From assembly GCA_964016885.1 (NCBI GenBank), contig OZ024742.1:371008001-371072000 (forward strand): a stretch of 64,000 bases of DNA. The letters run 5' to 3'. The stretch is from Eledone cirrhosa (taxonomy: Eukaryota). Both the position numbers and the translations under genes were made by a program. Every line of letters starts with the position of its first letter. The first letter of the stretch is position 1. This document shows positions 9,501 to 28,340 of this stretch, piece by piece. The notes under the pieces are model-generated. The model was given only the letters and a program-made list of their open reading frames with translations, was not told the DNA's origin and ran no database searches.

Positions 9501-12399
9501 AACACACAATCAAGTAATACACACATCTAGGACTACGTACAACACACAATCAAGTAATACACACATCTAGGACTACATACAGCACAATCAAGTAATAAAT
9601 ACATCTAGGACTACATACAACACAAGCAGGTAATACATACATCTAGGACTCCATAAAACACACAATCAAGTAATATATACATCTAGGACTACATACAACA
9701 CAAGCAGGGAATACATACATCTAGGACTACATACAATGCATAAGCAGGTAATACACACATCTAGGAGCGAATACAACACATAAGCAGGTAATACATACAT
9801 ATAGAACCACATACAACACAAGCAGGTAATACATACATCTAGGACCACATACAACACACAATCAAGTAATACATACATCTAGGACCACATACAACACAAG
9901 CAGGTAATACATACATCTATGACCACATACAACACACAAGCAGGTAATACATACATCTAGGACCACATACAACGCAAGCAGGTAATACACACATCTAGGA
10001 CCACATACAACACACAATCAAGTAATACATACATCTAGGACTACATACAACACATAAGCAGGTAATACACACATCTAGGATCACATACAACACACAATCA
10101 AGTAATACATACATCTAGGACTACATACAACAGAAGCAGGTAATACACACATGTAGGACTACATACAACACACAATCAAGTAATACATTCATCTAGGACC
10201 ACATACAACACAAGCAGGTAATACACACATCTAGGACCAGATAAACACACAATCAAGTAATACATACATCTATGACCACATGCAACACAAGCAGGACATA
10301 AACACATCTAGAACCACATACAACACACAATCAAGTAATACATACATCTAGGACTACATACAACACATAAGCAGGTATTACATACATCTAGGACCATATA
10401 AAACAAGCAGGTAATACACACATCTAGGACCACATACAACACACAAGCAGGTAATACATACATCTAGGACTACATACAACACAAGCAGGTAATACATACA
10501 TCTAGGATCACACACAACACACAATCAAGTAATACATACATCTAGGACTACATACAACACAAGCAGGTAATACATACATCTAGGCACACATGCAACACAC
10601 AATCAAGTAATAAATACATCTATGACCACATACAACACAAGCAGGTAATACACACATCTAGGACCAGATAAACACACCATCAAGTAATACATACATCTAT
10701 GACCACATGCAACACAAGCAGGTCATACACACATCTAGGACCACATACAACACACAATCAAGTAATACATACATCTAGGACTACATACAACACAAGCAGG
10801 TAATACATACATCTAGGTTCATATACAACACACAATCAAGTAACACATACATCTAGGACCACACACAACACACAAGCAGGTAATACATACATCTAGGACC
10901 ACATACAACACAAGCAGGTAATACACACATCTAGGACTATATACAACACACAATCAAGTAATACATACATCTCGGACTACATACAAAACAAGCAGGTAAT
11001 ACACACATCTAGGACAACATACAACACACAATCAAGTAATACATCTATGACCACATACAACACACAAGCAGGTAATACATACATCTAGGACCACATACAA
11101 CACACAAGCAGGTAATACATACATCTAGGACTACATACAACACACAATCAAGTAACACATACATCTATGACCACATACAACACAAGCAGGTAATACACAC
11201 ATCTAGGATGACATACAACACACAATCAAGTAATACATACATCTAGGACCACAAACAACACACAAGCAGGTAATACATACATCTAGGACCACATACAACA
11301 CACAAGCAGGTAATACATACATCTAGGACCACATACAACACACAAGCAGGTAATACATACATCTAGGACTACATACAACACAAGCAGGTAATACATACAT
11401 CTAGGACCACATACAACACACAATCAAGTAATACATACATCTAGGACTACATACAACAGAAGCAGGTAATACACACATCTAGGACCACATACAACACACA
11501 ATCAAATAATACATACATCTAGGACCACATACAACACACAATCAAGTAATACATACATCTATGACCACATACAACACACAAGCAGGTAATACATACATCT
11601 AGGACCACATACAACACACAAGCAGGTAATACATACATCTAGGACTACATGCAACACAAGCAGGTAATACATAAATCTAGGACTACATACAACACACAAT
11701 CAGGTAATACATACATCTATGACCACATACAACACAAGCAGGTAATACACACATCTAGGACCACATACAACACACGATCAAGTAATACATACATCTAGGA
11801 CTACATACAACAGAAGCAGGTAATACACACATCTAGGACCATATACAACACACAATCAAGTAATACATACATCTAGGACCACATACAACACACAATCAAG
11901 TAATACATACATCTATGACCACATACAACACACAAGCAGGTAATACATACATCTAGGACAACATACAACACACAAGCAAGTAATACATACATCTAGGACT
12001 ACATACAACACAAGCAGGTAATACATACATCTAGGACTACATACAACACACAATCAAGTAATACATACATCTAGGACTACATACAACACAAGCAGGTAAT
12101 ACATACATCTAGGACTACATACAACACACAATCAAGTAATACATACATCTAGGACTACATACAACACAAGCAGGTAATACATACATCTAGGACTACATAC
12201 AACACGAGCAGGTAATACATACATCTAGGACCATATACAACACACAATTAAGTAATAAATACATCTATGAATACATACAACACAAGCAGGTAATATACAC
12301 ATCTAGGACCACATACAACACACAATCAAGTAATACATACATCTAGGACTACATACAACACAAGCAGGTAATACATACATCTAGGACCACATACAACAC

Positions 12400-15300
12400 A
12401 CAATCAAGTAATACATACATCTAGGACCACATACAACACAAGCAGGTAATACATACATCTAGGACCACATACAACACACAATCAAGTAATACATACATCT
12501 AGGACTTCATACAACACAAGGAGGTAATACTTACATCTAGGTTCATATACAACACACAATCAAGTAATACATACATCTATGACCATATACAACAGAAGCA
12601 GGTAATACACACATCTAGGACCACATACAACACACAATCAAGTAATACATACATCTAGGACTACATACAACACCAGCAGGTAATACATACATCTAGGACC
12701 ACATACAACACACAATCAAGTAATACATACATCTAGGACTACATACAACACAAGCAGGTAATACATACATCTAGGACCACATACAACACACAATCAAGTA
12801 ATACATACATCTAGGACAACATACAACACAAGCAGGTAATACATACATCTAGGACCACATGCAACACACAATCAAGTAATAAATAGATCTAGGACTACAT
12901 ACAACACAAGCGGGTAATACATACATCTAGGACCACATACAACACACAATCAAGTAATACATACATCTAGGACTACATACAACACAAGGAGGTAATACAT
13001 ACATCTAGGACCACATACAACACGCAATCAAGTAATACATACATCTAGGACTACATACAACACAAGTAGGTAATACACACATCTAGGACCACATACAACA
13101 CACAATCAAGTAATACATACATCTAGGACTACATACAACACAAGCAGATAATACACACATCTAGGACCACATACAACACACAATCAAGTAATACATACAT
13201 CTAGGACTACATACGACACAAGCAGGTAATACACTCATCTAGGACTACATACAACACACAATCAAGTAATACATATATATAGGACTACATACAACACAAG
13301 CAGGTAATACACACATCTAGGACTACATACAACACAAAATCAAGTAATACATACATCTAGGACTACATACAACACAAGCAGGTAATACATACATCTAGGA
13401 CCACATACAACACACAATCAAGTAATACATACATCTAGGACTACATACAACACAAGCAGATAATACACACATCTAGGACCACATACAACACACAATCAAG
13501 TAATACATACATCTAGGACTACATACGACACAAGCAGGTAATACACTCATCTAGGACTACATACAACACACAATCAAGTAATAGATACATCTAGGATCAC
13601 ATACAACACAAGCAGGTAATACATACATCTAGGACCACATACAACACACAATCAAGTAATAAATACATCTATGACCACATACAACACAAGCAGGTAATAC
13701 ATACATCTAGGACCACATACAACACACAATCAAGTAATACATACATCTATGACCACATACAACACAAGCAGGGAATACATACATCTAGGACTACATACAA
13801 CACACAATCAAGTAATATATACATCTTGGACTACATACAACACAAGCAGGTAATACATACATCTAGGACTACATACAACACGCAATCAAGTAATACACAC
13901 ATCTAGGACTACATACAACACAAGCAGGTAATACATACATCTAGGACTACATACAACACAAGCAGGTAATACATACATCTAGGACTACATACAACACAAG
14001 CAGGTAATACATACATCTAGGACCACATACAACACACAATCATGTAATACACACATCTAGGACTACATACAACACAAGCACGTAATACATACATCTAGGA
14101 CTACATACAACACAAAATCAAGTAATACACACATCTAGGACTACATACAACACAATCAAGTAATAAATACATCTAGGACTACATACAACACAAGCAGGTA
14201 ATACATACATCTAGGACTCCATAAAACACACAATCAAGTAATATATACATCTAGGACTACATACAACACAAGCAGGTAATACATAGATCTAGGACTACAT
14301 ACAACACACAAGCAAGTAATACATACATCTAGGACTACATACAACACACAAGCAGGTAATACATACATCTAGGACTACATACAACACACAAGCAAGTAAT
14401 ACATACATCTAGGAACACACACAACACACAAGCAGGTAATACATACATCTAGGACTACATACAACACACAAGCAAGTAATACATACATCTAGGACCACAC
14501 ACAACACACAAGCAGGTAATACATACATCTAGGACCACATCCAACACACAATCAAGTAATACATACATCTATGACTACATACAATGCATAAGCAGGTAAT
14601 ACACACATCTAGGACCGAATACAACACATAAGCAGGTAATACATACATATAGAACCACATACAACACAAGCAGGTAATACATACATCTAGGACCACATAC
14701 AACACACAATCAAGTAATACATACATCTAGGACTACATACAACACAAGCAGGTAATACATACATCTATGTCCACATACAACACACAAGCAGGTAATACAT
14801 ACATCTAGGACCACATACAACACACAATCAAGTAATACATACATCTAGGACCACATACAACACAAGCAGGTAATACATACATCTAGGACCACATACAACA
14901 CACAATCAAGTAATACATACATCTAGGACTTCATACAACACAAGGAGGTAATACTTACATCTAGGTTCATATACAACACACAATCAAGTAATACATACAT
15001 CTATGACCATATACAACAGAAGCAGGTAATACACACATCTAGGACCACATACAACACACAATCAAGTAATACATACATCTAGGACTACATACAACACCAG
15101 CAGGTAATACATACATCTAGGACCACATACAACACACAATCAAGTAATACATACATCTAGGACTACATACAACACAAGCAGGTAATACATACATCTAGGA
15201 CCACATACAACACACAATCAAGTAATACATACATCTAGGACAACATACAACACAAGCAGGTAATATATACATCTAGGACCACATGCAACACACAATCAAG

Positions 15301-17040
15301 TAATAAATAGATCTAGGACTACATACAACACAAGCGGGTAATACATACATCTAGGACCACATACAACACACAATCAAGTAATACATACATCTAGGACTAC
15401 ATACAACACAAGGAGGTAATACATACATCTAGGACCACATACAACACACAATCAAGTAATACATACATCTAGGACTACATACAACACAAGCAGATAATAC
15501 ACACATCTAGGACCACATACAACACACAATCAAGTAATACATACATCTAGGACTACATACAACACAAGTAGGTAATACACACATCTAGGACCACATACAA
15601 CACACAATCAAGTAATACATACATCTAGGACTACATACAACACAAGCAGGTAATACACACATCTAGGACTACATACAACACAAAATCAAGTAATACATAC
15701 ATCTAGGACTACATACAACACAAGCAGGTAATACATACATTTAGGACCACATACAACACACAATCAAGTAATACATACATCTAGGACTACATACAACACA
15801 AGCAGATAATACACACATCTAGGACCACATACAACACACAATCAAGTAATACATACATCTAGGACTACATACGACACAAGCAGGTAATACACTCATCTAG
15901 GACTACATACAACACACAATCAAGTAATAGATACATCTAGGATCACATACAACACAAGCAGGTAATACATACATCTAGGACCACATACAACACACAATCA
16001 AGTAATAAATACATCTATGACCACATACAACACAAGCAGGTAATACATACATCTAGGACCACATACAACACACAATCAAGTAATACATACATCTATGACC
16101 ACATACAACACAAGCAGGGAATACATACATCTAGGACTACATACAACACACAATCAAGTAATATATACATCTTGGACTACATACAACACAAGCAGGTAAT
16201 ACATACATCTAGGACTACATACAACACGCAATCAAGTAATACACACATCTAGGACTACATACAACACAAGCAGGTAATACATACATCTAGGACTACATAC
16301 AACACAAGCAGGTAATACATACATCTAGGACTACATACAACACAAGCAGGTAATACATACATCTAGGACCACATACAACACACAATCATGGAATACACAC
16401 ATCTAGGACTACATACAACACAAGCACGTAATACATACATCTAGGACTACATACAACACAAAATCAAGTAATACACACATCTAGGACTACATACAACACA
16501 ATCAAGTAATAAATACATCTAGGACTACATACAACACAAGCAGGTAATACATACATCTAGGACTCCATAAAACACACAATCAAGTAATATATACATCTAG
16601 GACTACATACAACACAAGCAGGTAATACATAGATCTAGGACTACACACAACACACAAGCAGGTAATACATACATCTAGGACTACATACAACACACAAGCA
16701 AGTAATACATACATCTAGGACCACACACAACACACAAGCAGGTAATACATACATCTAGGACCACATCCAACACACAATCAAGTAATACATACATCTATGA
16801 CTACATACAATGCATAAGCAGGTAATACACACATCTAGGACCGAATACAACACATAAGCAGGTAATACATACATATAGAACCACATACAACACAAGCAGG
16901 TAATACATACATCTAGGACCACATACAACACACAATCAAGTAATACATACATCTAGGACTACATACAACACAAGCAGGTAATACATACATCTATATCCAC
17001 ATACAACACACAAGCAGGTAATACATACATCTAGGACCAC
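12400..17040 (+). repeat. Tandem block duplication, ~2.2-2.4 kb period
   Basis: Rare variants recur: AGGACTTCAT 12501/14925 (offset 2424), CATAGATC ~14282/~16628 (2346), identical ORF calls 14529/16755 (2226). Confidence 0.8.
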
Positions 17041-19179
17041 ATACAATGCAAGCAGGTAATACACACATCTAGGACCACATACAACACACAATCAAGTAAT
17101 ACATACATCTAGGACTACATACAACAGAAGCAGGTAATACACACATGTAGGACTACATACAACACACAATCAAGTAATACATTCATCTAGGACCACATAC
17201 AACACAAGCAGGTAATACATACATCTAGCACTACATACAACACACAATCAAGTAATACATACATCTAGGACTACATACAACAGAAGCAGCTAATACACAC
17301 ATGTAGGACTACATACAACACACAATCAAGTAATACATACATCTAGGACTACATACAACACAAGCAGGTAATACATACATCTAGGACTACATACAACACA
17401 CAATCAAGTAATACATACATCTAGGACTACATACAACAGAAGCAGGTAATACACACATGTAGGACTACATACAACACACAATCAAGTAATACATACATCT
17501 AGGACTACATACAACACAAGCAGGTGATACATACATCTAGGACCACACACAACACACAATCAAGTAATACATACATCTAGGACTACATACAACACAAGCA
17601 GGTAATACATACATCTAGGCACACATGCAACACACAATCAAGTAATAAATACATCTAAGACTACATACAAGACAAGCAGGTAATACACACATCTAGGACA
17701 ACATACAACACACAATCAAGTAATACATACATCTAGGGCCACACACAACACACAAACAGGTAATACATACATCTAGGACCACATAAAACACAAGCAGGTA
17801 ATACACACATCTAGGACTACATACAACACACAATCAAGTAATACATACATCTAGGACTACATACAAGACAAGCAGGTAATACACACATCTAGGACAACAT
17901 ACAACACACAATCAAGTAATACATACATCTATGACCACATACAACACACAAGCAGGTAATACATACATCTAGGACCACACACAACACACAAGCAGGTAAT
18001 ACATACATCTAGGACCACATAAAACACAAGCAGGTAATACACACATCTAGGACTACATACAACACACAATCAAGTAATACATACATCTAGGACTACATAC
18101 AAGACAAGCAGGTGATACACACATCTAGGACAACATACAACACACAATCAAGTAATACATACATCTAGGACTAGATACAACACAAGCAGGTAATACACAC
18201 ATCTAGGACTACATACAACACAAAATCAAGTAATACATACATCTAGGACTACATACAACACAAGCAGGTAATACATACATCTAGGACTACATACAACACA
18301 CAATCAAGTAATACATACATCTAGGATCACATACAACACAAGCAGGTAATACATACATCTAGTACCACATACAACAAACAATCAAGTAATAAATACATCT
18401 ATGAACACATACAACACAAGCAGGTAATACATACATCTAGGACCACATACAACACACAATCAAGTAATACATACATCTAGGACTACATACAACACACAAT
18501 TAAGTAATACATACATCTATGACCACATACAACACAAGCAGGGAATACATACATCTAGGACTACATACAACACACAATCAAGTAATATATACATCTTGGA
18601 CTACATACAACACAAGCAGGTAATACATACATCTAGGACTACATACAACACGCAATCAAGTAATACACACATCTAGGACTACATACAACACAAGCAGGTA
18701 ATACATACATCTAGGACTACATACAACACAAGCAGGTAATACATACATCTAGGACTACATACAACACAAGCAGGTAATACATACATCTAGGACCACATAC
18801 AACACACAATCATGTAATACACACATCTAGGACTACATACAACACAAGCACGTAATACATACATCTAGGACTACATACAACACACAATCAAGTAATACAC
18901 ACATCTAGGACTACATACAACACACAATCAAGTAATACACACATCTAGAACTACATACAACACAATCAAGTAATAAATACATCTAGGAATACATACAACA
19001 CAAGCAGGTAATACATACATCTAGGACTCCATAAAACACACAATCAAGTAATATATACATCTAGGACTACATACAACACAAGCAGGTAATACATACATCT
19101 AGGACTACATACAACACAAGCAGGTAATACATACATCTAGGACAACATACAACACACAATCATGTAATACACACATCTA

Positions 19180-22100
19180 GGACTACATACAACACGCAAT
19201 CAAGTAATACACACATCTAGGACTACATACAACACAAGCAGGTAATACATACATCTAGGACTACATACAACACAAGCAGGTAATACATACATCTAGGACT
19301 ACATACAACACAAGCAGGTAATACATACATCTAGGACCACATACAACACACAATCATATAATACACACATCTAGGACTACATACAACACAAGCACGTGAT
19401 ATATACATCTAGGACAACATACAACACACAATCAAGTAATACACACATCTAGGACTACATACAACACACAATCAAGTAATACACACATCTAGGACTACAT
19501 ACAACACAATCAAGTAATAAATACATCTAGGACTACATACAACACAAGCAGGTAATACATACATCTAGGACTCCATAAAACACACAATCAAGAAATATAT
19601 ACATCTAGGACTACATACAACACAAGCAGGTAATACATAGATCTAGGACCACATACAACATACAAGCAAGTAATACATACATCTAGGACTACATACAACA
19701 CACAAGCAGGTAATACATACATCTAGGACTACATACAACACACAAGAAAGTAATACATACATCTAGGAACACACACAACACACAAGCAGGTAATACATAC
19801 ATCTAGGACTACATACAACACACAAGCAAGTAATACATACATCTAGGACCACACACAACACACAAGCAGGTAATACATACCTTTAGGACCACATACAATA
19901 CATAAGCACGTAATACACACATCTAGGACCGAATACAACACATAAGCAGGTAATACATACATCTAGGACCACATACAACACACAATCAAGTAATACATAC
20001 ATCTATGACTACATACAACACAAGCAGGTAATACATACATCTATGACCACATACAACACACAAGCAGGTAATACATACATCTAGGACCACATACAACGCA
20101 AGCAGGTAATACACACATCTAGGACAACATACAACACACAATCAAGTAATACATACATCTAGGACCACATACAACACAAGCAGGTAATACATACATCTAG
20201 GACCACATACAACACACAATCAAGTAATACATACATCTAGGACCACATACAACACAAGCAGGTAATACATACATCTATGACCACATACAACACACAAGCA
20301 GGTAATACATACATCTAGGACCACATACAACGCAAGCAGGTAATACACACATCTAGGACCACATACAACACACAATCAAGTAATATATACATCTAGGACT
20401 ACATACAACACATAAGCAGGCATTACATACATCTAGGACCATATACAACAAGCAGGTAATACACACATCTAGGACCACATACAACACACAATCAAGTAAT
20501 ACATACATCTAGGACTACATACAACACAAGCAGGTAATACATACATCTAGGACTACATACAACACACAATCAAGTAATACATACATCTAGGATCACATAC
20601 AACACAAGCAGGTAATACATACATCTAGGACCACATACAACACACAATCAAGTAATAAATACATCTATGACAACATACAACACAAGCAGGTAATACATAC
20701 ATCTAGGACCACATACAACACACAATCAAGTAATACATACATCTAGGACTACATACAACACACAATCAAGTAATACATACATCTATGACCACATACAACA
20801 CAAGCAGGGAATACATACATCTAGGACTACTTACAACACACAATCAAGTAACATATACATCTTGGACTACATACAACACAAGCAGGTAATACATACATCT
20901 AGGACTACATACAACACGCAATCAAGTAATACACACATCTAGGACCACACACAACACACAAGCAGGTAATACATACATCTAGGACCACATAAAACACAAG
21001 CAGGTAATACACACATCTAGGACTACATACAACACACAATAAAGTAATACATACATCTAGGACTACATACAAGACAAGCAGGTAATACACACATCTAGGA
21101 CAACATACAACACACAATCAAGTAATACATACATCTATGACCACATACAACACACAAGCAGGTAATACATACATCTAGGACCACACACAACACACAAGCA
21201 GGTAATACATACATCTAGGACCACATAAAACACAAGCAGGTAATACACACATCTAGGACTACGTACAACACACAATCAAGTAATACATACATCTAGGACT
21301 ACATACAACACAAGCAGGTAATACATACATCTAGGACTCCATAAAACACACAATCAAGTAATATATACATCTAGGACTACATACAACACAAGCAGGTAAT
21401 ACATAGATCTAGGACTACATACAACACACAAGCAAGTAATACATACATCTAGGACTACATACAACACACAAGCAGGTAATACATACATCTAGGACTACAT
21501 ACAACACACAAGCAAGTAATACATACATCTAGGAACACACACAACACACAAGCAGGTAATACATACATCTAGGACTACATACAACACACAAGCAAGTAAT
21601 ACATACATCTAGGACCACACACAACACACAAGCAGGTAATACATACATCTAGGACCACATCCAACACACAATCAAGTAATACATACATCTAGGACTACAT
21701 ACAACACAAGCAGGTAATACACACATCTAGGACTACATACAACACAAAATCAAGTAATACATACATCTAGGACTACATACAACACAAGCAGGTAATACAT
21801 ACATCTAGGACCACATACAACACACAATCAAGTAATACATACATCTAGGACAACATACAACACAAGCAGGTAATACATACATCTAGGACTACATACAACA
21901 CACAATCAAGTAATACATACATCTAGGATCACATACAACACAAGCAGGTAATACATACATCTAGGACCACATACAACACACAATCAAGTAATAAATACAT
22001 CTATGACCACATACAACACAAGCAGGTAATACATACATCTAGGACTACATACAACACAAGCAGGTAATACATACATCTAGGACTACATACAACACACAAT

Positions 22101-25100
22101 CAAGTAATACATACATCTATGACCACATACAACACAAGCAGGGAATACATACATCTAGGACTACATACAACACACAATCAAGTAATATATACATCTTGGA
22201 CTACATACAACACAAGCAGGTAATACATACATCTAGGACTACATACAACACGCAATCAAGTAATACACACATCTAGGACTACATACAACACAAGCAGGTA
22301 ATACACACATCTAGGACTACATACAACACAATCAAGTAATAAATACATCTAGGAATACATACAACACAAGCAGGTAATACATACATCTAGGACTCCATAA
22401 AACACACAATCAAGTAATATATACATCTAGGACTACATACAACACAAGCAGGTAATACATACATCTAGGACTACATACAACACAAGCAGGTAATACATAC
22501 ATCTAGGACCACATACAACACACAATCATGTAATACACACATCTAGGACTACATACAACACAAGCACGTAATACATACATCTAGGACTACATACAACACA
22601 CAATCAAGTAATATATACATCTTGGACTACATACAACACAAGCAGGTAATACATACATCTAGGACTACATACAACACGCAATCAAGTAATACACACATCT
22701 AGGACTACATACAACACAAGCACGTAATACATACATCTAGGACTACATACAACACACAATCAAGTAATATATACATCTTGGACTACATACAACACAAGCA
22801 GGTAATACATACATCTAGGACTACATACAACACGCAATCAAGTAATACACACATCTAGGACTACATACAACACAAGCAGGTAATACATACATCTAGGACT
22901 ACATACAACACAAGCAGGTAATACATACATCTAGGACTACATACAACACAAGCAGGTAATACATACATCTAGGACCACATACAACACACAATCATGTAAT
23001 ACACACATCTAGGACTACATACAACACAAGCACGTAATACATACATCTAGGACTACATACAACACACAATCAAGTAATATATACATCTTGGACTACATAC
23101 AACACAAGCAGGTAATACATACATCTAGGACTACATACAACACGCAATCAAGTAATACACACATCTAGGACTACATACAACACAAGCAGGTAATACATAC
23201 ATCTAGGACTACATACAACACAAGCAGGTAATACATACATCTAGGACTACATACAACACAAGCAGGTAATACATACATCTAGGACCACATACAACACACA
23301 ATCATGTAATACACACATCTAGGACTACATACAACACAAGCACGTAATACATACATCTAGGACTACATACAACACACAATCAAGTAATATATACATCTTG
23401 GACTACATACAACACAAGCAGGTAATACATACATCTAGGACTACATACAACACGCAATCAAGTAATACACACATCTAGGACTACATACAACACAAGCAGG
23501 TAATACATACATCTAGGACTACATACAACACAAGCAGGTAATACATACATCTAGGACTACATACAACACAAGCAGGTAATACATACATCTAGGACCACAT
23601 ACAACACACAATCATGTAATACACACATCTAGGACTACATACAACACAAGCACGTAATACATACATCTAGGACTACATACAACACACAATCAAGTAATAC
23701 ACACATCTAGGACTACATACAACACACAATCAAGTAATACACACATCTAGGACTACATACAACACAATCAAGTAATAAATACATCTAGGAATACATACAA
23801 CACAAGCAGGTAATACATACGTCTAGGACTCCATAAAACACACAATCAAGAAATATATACATCTAGGACTACATACAACACAAGCAGGTAATACATAGAT
23901 CTAGGACCACATACAACATACAAGCAAGTAATACATACATCTAGGACTACATACAACACACAAGCAGGTAATACATACATCTAGGACTACATACAACACA
24001 CAAGAAAGTAATACATACATCTAGGAACACACACAACACACAAGCAGGTAATACATACATCTAGGACTACATACAACACACAAGCAAGTAATACATACAT
24101 CTAGGACCACACACAACACACAAGCAGGTAATACATACATTTAGGACCACATACAATACATAAGCACGTAATACACACATCTAGGACCGAATACAACACA
24201 TAAGCAGGTAATACATACATCTAGGACCACATACAACACACAATCAAGTAATACATACATCTATGACTACATACAACACAAGCAGGTAATACATACATCT
24301 ATGACCACATACAACACACAAGCAGGTAATACATACATCTAGGACCACATACAACGCAAGCAGGTAATACACACATCTAGGACAACATACAACACACAAT
24401 CAAGTAATACATACATCTAGGACCACATACAACACAAGCAGGTAATACATACATCTAGGACCACATACAACACACAATCAAGTAATACATACATCTAGGA
24501 CCACATACAACACAAGCAGGTAATACATACATCTATGACCATATACAACACACAAGCAGGTAATACATACATCTAGGACCACATACAACGCAAGCAGGTA
24601 ATACACACATCTAGGACCACATACAACACACAATCAAGTAATATATACATCTAGGACTACATACAACACATAAGCAGGCATTACATACATCTAGGACCAT
24701 ATACAACAAGCAGGTAATACACACATCTAGGACCACATACAACACACAATCAAGTAATACATACATCTAGGACTACATACAACACAAGCAGCTAATACAT
24801 ACATCTAGGACTACATACAACACACAATCAAGTAATACATACATCTAGGATCACATACATCACAAGCAGGTAATACATACATCTAGGACCACATACAACA
24901 CACAATCAAGTAATAAATACATCTATGACCACATACAACACAAGCAGGTAATACATACATCTAGGACCACATACAACACACAATCAAGTAATACATACAT
25001 CTAGGACTACATACAACACACAATCAAGTAATACATACATCTATGACCACATACAACACAAGCAGGGAATACATACATCTAGGACTACATACAACACACA

Positions 25101-28100
25101 ATCAAGTAACATATACATCTTGGACTACATACAACACAAGCAGGTAATACATACATCTAGGACTACATACAACACGCAATCAAGTAATACACACATCTAG
25201 GACCACACACAACACACAAGCAGGTAATACATACATCTAGGACCACATAAAACACAAGCAGGTAATACACACATCTAGGACTACATACAACACACAATAA
25301 AGTAATACATACATCTAGGACTACATACAAGACAAGCAGGTAATACACACATCTAGGACAACATACAACACACAATCAAGTAATACATACATCTATGACC
25401 ACATACAACACACAAGCAGGTAATACATACATCTAGGACCACACACAACACACAAGCAGGTAATACATACATCTAGGACCACATAAAACACAAGCAGGTA
25501 ATACACACATCTAGGACTACGTACAACACACAATCAAGTAATACATACATCTAGGACTACATACAACACAAGCAGGTAATACATACATCTAGGACTCCAT
25601 AAAACACACAATCAAGTAATATATACATCTAGGACTACATACAACACAAGCAGGTAATACATAGATCTAGGACTACATACAACACACAAGCAAGTAATAC
25701 ATACATCTAGGACTACATACAACACACAAGCAGGTAATACATACATCTAGGACTACATACAACACACAAGCAAGTAATACATACATCTAGGAACACACAC
25801 AACACACAAGCAGGTAATACATACATCTAGGACTACATACAACACACAAGCAAGTAATACATACATCTAGGACCACACACAACACACAAGCAGGTAATAC
25901 ATACATCTAGGACCACATCCAACACACAATCAAGTAATACATACATCTAGGACTACATACAACACAAGCAGGTAATACACACATCTAGGACTACATACAA
26001 CACAAAATCAAGTAATACATACATCTAGGACTACATACAACACAAGCAGGTAATACATACATCTAGGACCACATACAACACACAATCAAGTAATACATAC
26101 ATCTAGGACAACATACAACACAAGCAGGTAATACATACATCTAGGACTACATACAACACACAATCAAGTAATACATACATCTAGGATCACATACAACACA
26201 AGCAGGTAATACATACATCTAGGACCACATACAACACACAATCAAGTAATAAATACATCTATGACCACATACAACACAAGCAGGTAATACATACATCTAG
26301 GACTACATACAACACAAGCAGGTAATACATACATCTAGGACTACATACAACACACAATCAAGTAATACATACATCTATGACCACATACAACACAAGCAGG
26401 GAATACATACATCTAGGACTACATACAACACACAATCAAGTAATATATACATCTTGCACTACATACAACACAAGCAGGTAATACATACATCTAGGACTAC
26501 ATAAAACACGCAATCAAGTAATACACACATCTAGGACTACATACAACACAAGCAGGTAATACACACATCTAGGACTACATACAACACAATCAAGTAATAA
26601 ATACATCTAGGAATACATACAACACAAGCAGGTAATACATACATCTAGGACTCCATAAAACACACAATCAAGTAATATATACATCTAGGACTACATACAA
26701 CACAAGCAGGTAATACATACATCTAGGACTACATACAACACAAGCAGGTAATACATACATCTAGGACCACATACAACACACAATCATGTAATACACACAT
26801 CTAGGACTACATACAACACAAGCACGTAATACATACATCTAGGACTACATACAACACACAATCAAGTAATATATACATCTTGGACTACATACAACACAAG
26901 CAGGTAATACATACATCTAGGACTACATACAACACGCAATCAAGTAATACACACATCTAGGACTACATACAACACAAGCACGTAATACATACATCTAGGA
27001 CTACATACAACACACAATCAAGTAATATATACATCTTGGACTACATACAACACAAGCAGGTAATACATACATCTAGGACTACATACAACACGCAATCAAG
27101 TAATACACACATCTAGGACTACATACAACACAAGCAGGTAATACATACATCTAGGACTACATACAACACAAGCAGGTAATACATACATCTAGGACTACAT
27201 ACAACACAAGCAGGTAATACATACATCTAGGACCACATACAACACACAATCATGTAATACACACATCTAGGACTACATACAACACAAGCACGTAATACAT
27301 ACATCTAGGACTACATACAACACACAATCAAGTAATATATACATCTTGGACTACATACAACACAAGCAGGTAATACATACATCTAGGACTACATACAACA
27401 CGCAATCAAGCAATACACACATCTAGGACTACATACAACACAAGCAGGTAATACATACATCTAGGACTACATACAACACAAGCAGGTAATACATACATCT
27501 AGGACTACATACAACACAAGCAGGTAATACATACATCTAGGACCACATACAACACACAATCATGTAATACACACATCTAGGACTACATACAACACAAGCA
27601 CGTAATACATACATCTAGGACTACATACAACACACAATCAAGTAATATATACATCTTGGACTACATACAACACAAGCAGGTAATACATACATCTAGGACT
27701 ACATACAACACGCAATCAAGTAATACACACATCTAGGACTACATATAACACAAGCAGGTAATACATACATCTAGGACTACATACAACACAAGCAGGTAAT
27801 ACATACATCTAGGACTACATACAACACAAGCAGGTAATACATACATCTAGGACCACATACAACACACAATCATGTAATACACACATCTAGGACTACATAC
27901 AACACAAGCACGTAATACATACATCTAGGACTACATACAACACACAATCAAGTAATACACACATCTAGGACTACATACAACACACAATCAAGTAATACAC
28001 ACATCTAGGACTACATACAACACAATCAAGTAATAAATACATCTAGGAATACATACAACACAAGCAGGTAATACATACGTCTAGGACTCCATAAAACACA

Positions 28101-28340
28101 CAATCAAGAAATATATACATCTAGGACTACATACAACACAAGCAGGTAATACATAGATCTAGGACCACATACAACATACAAGCAAGTAATACATACATCT
28201 AGGACTACATACAACACACAAGCAGGTAATACATACATCTAGGACTACATACAACACACAAGCAAGTAATACATACATCTAGGAACACACACAACACACA
28301 AGCAGGTAATACATACATCTAGGACTACATACAACACACA
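19180..28340 (+). repeat. 4258-bp higher-order repeat, a little over two copies
   Basis: AGAAATATAT variant at 19591, 23849 and 28107 (exact 4258 spacing); identical ORF calls 20905/25163. Confidence 0.9.
22740..23680 (+). repeat. 310-bp 8-monomer repeat, about 3 tandem copies (again at ~27000-27940)
   Basis: ATATACATCTTGG variant with CTTG at 22777, 23087, 23397; 310 = 3x40 + 5x38. Confidence 0.85.
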
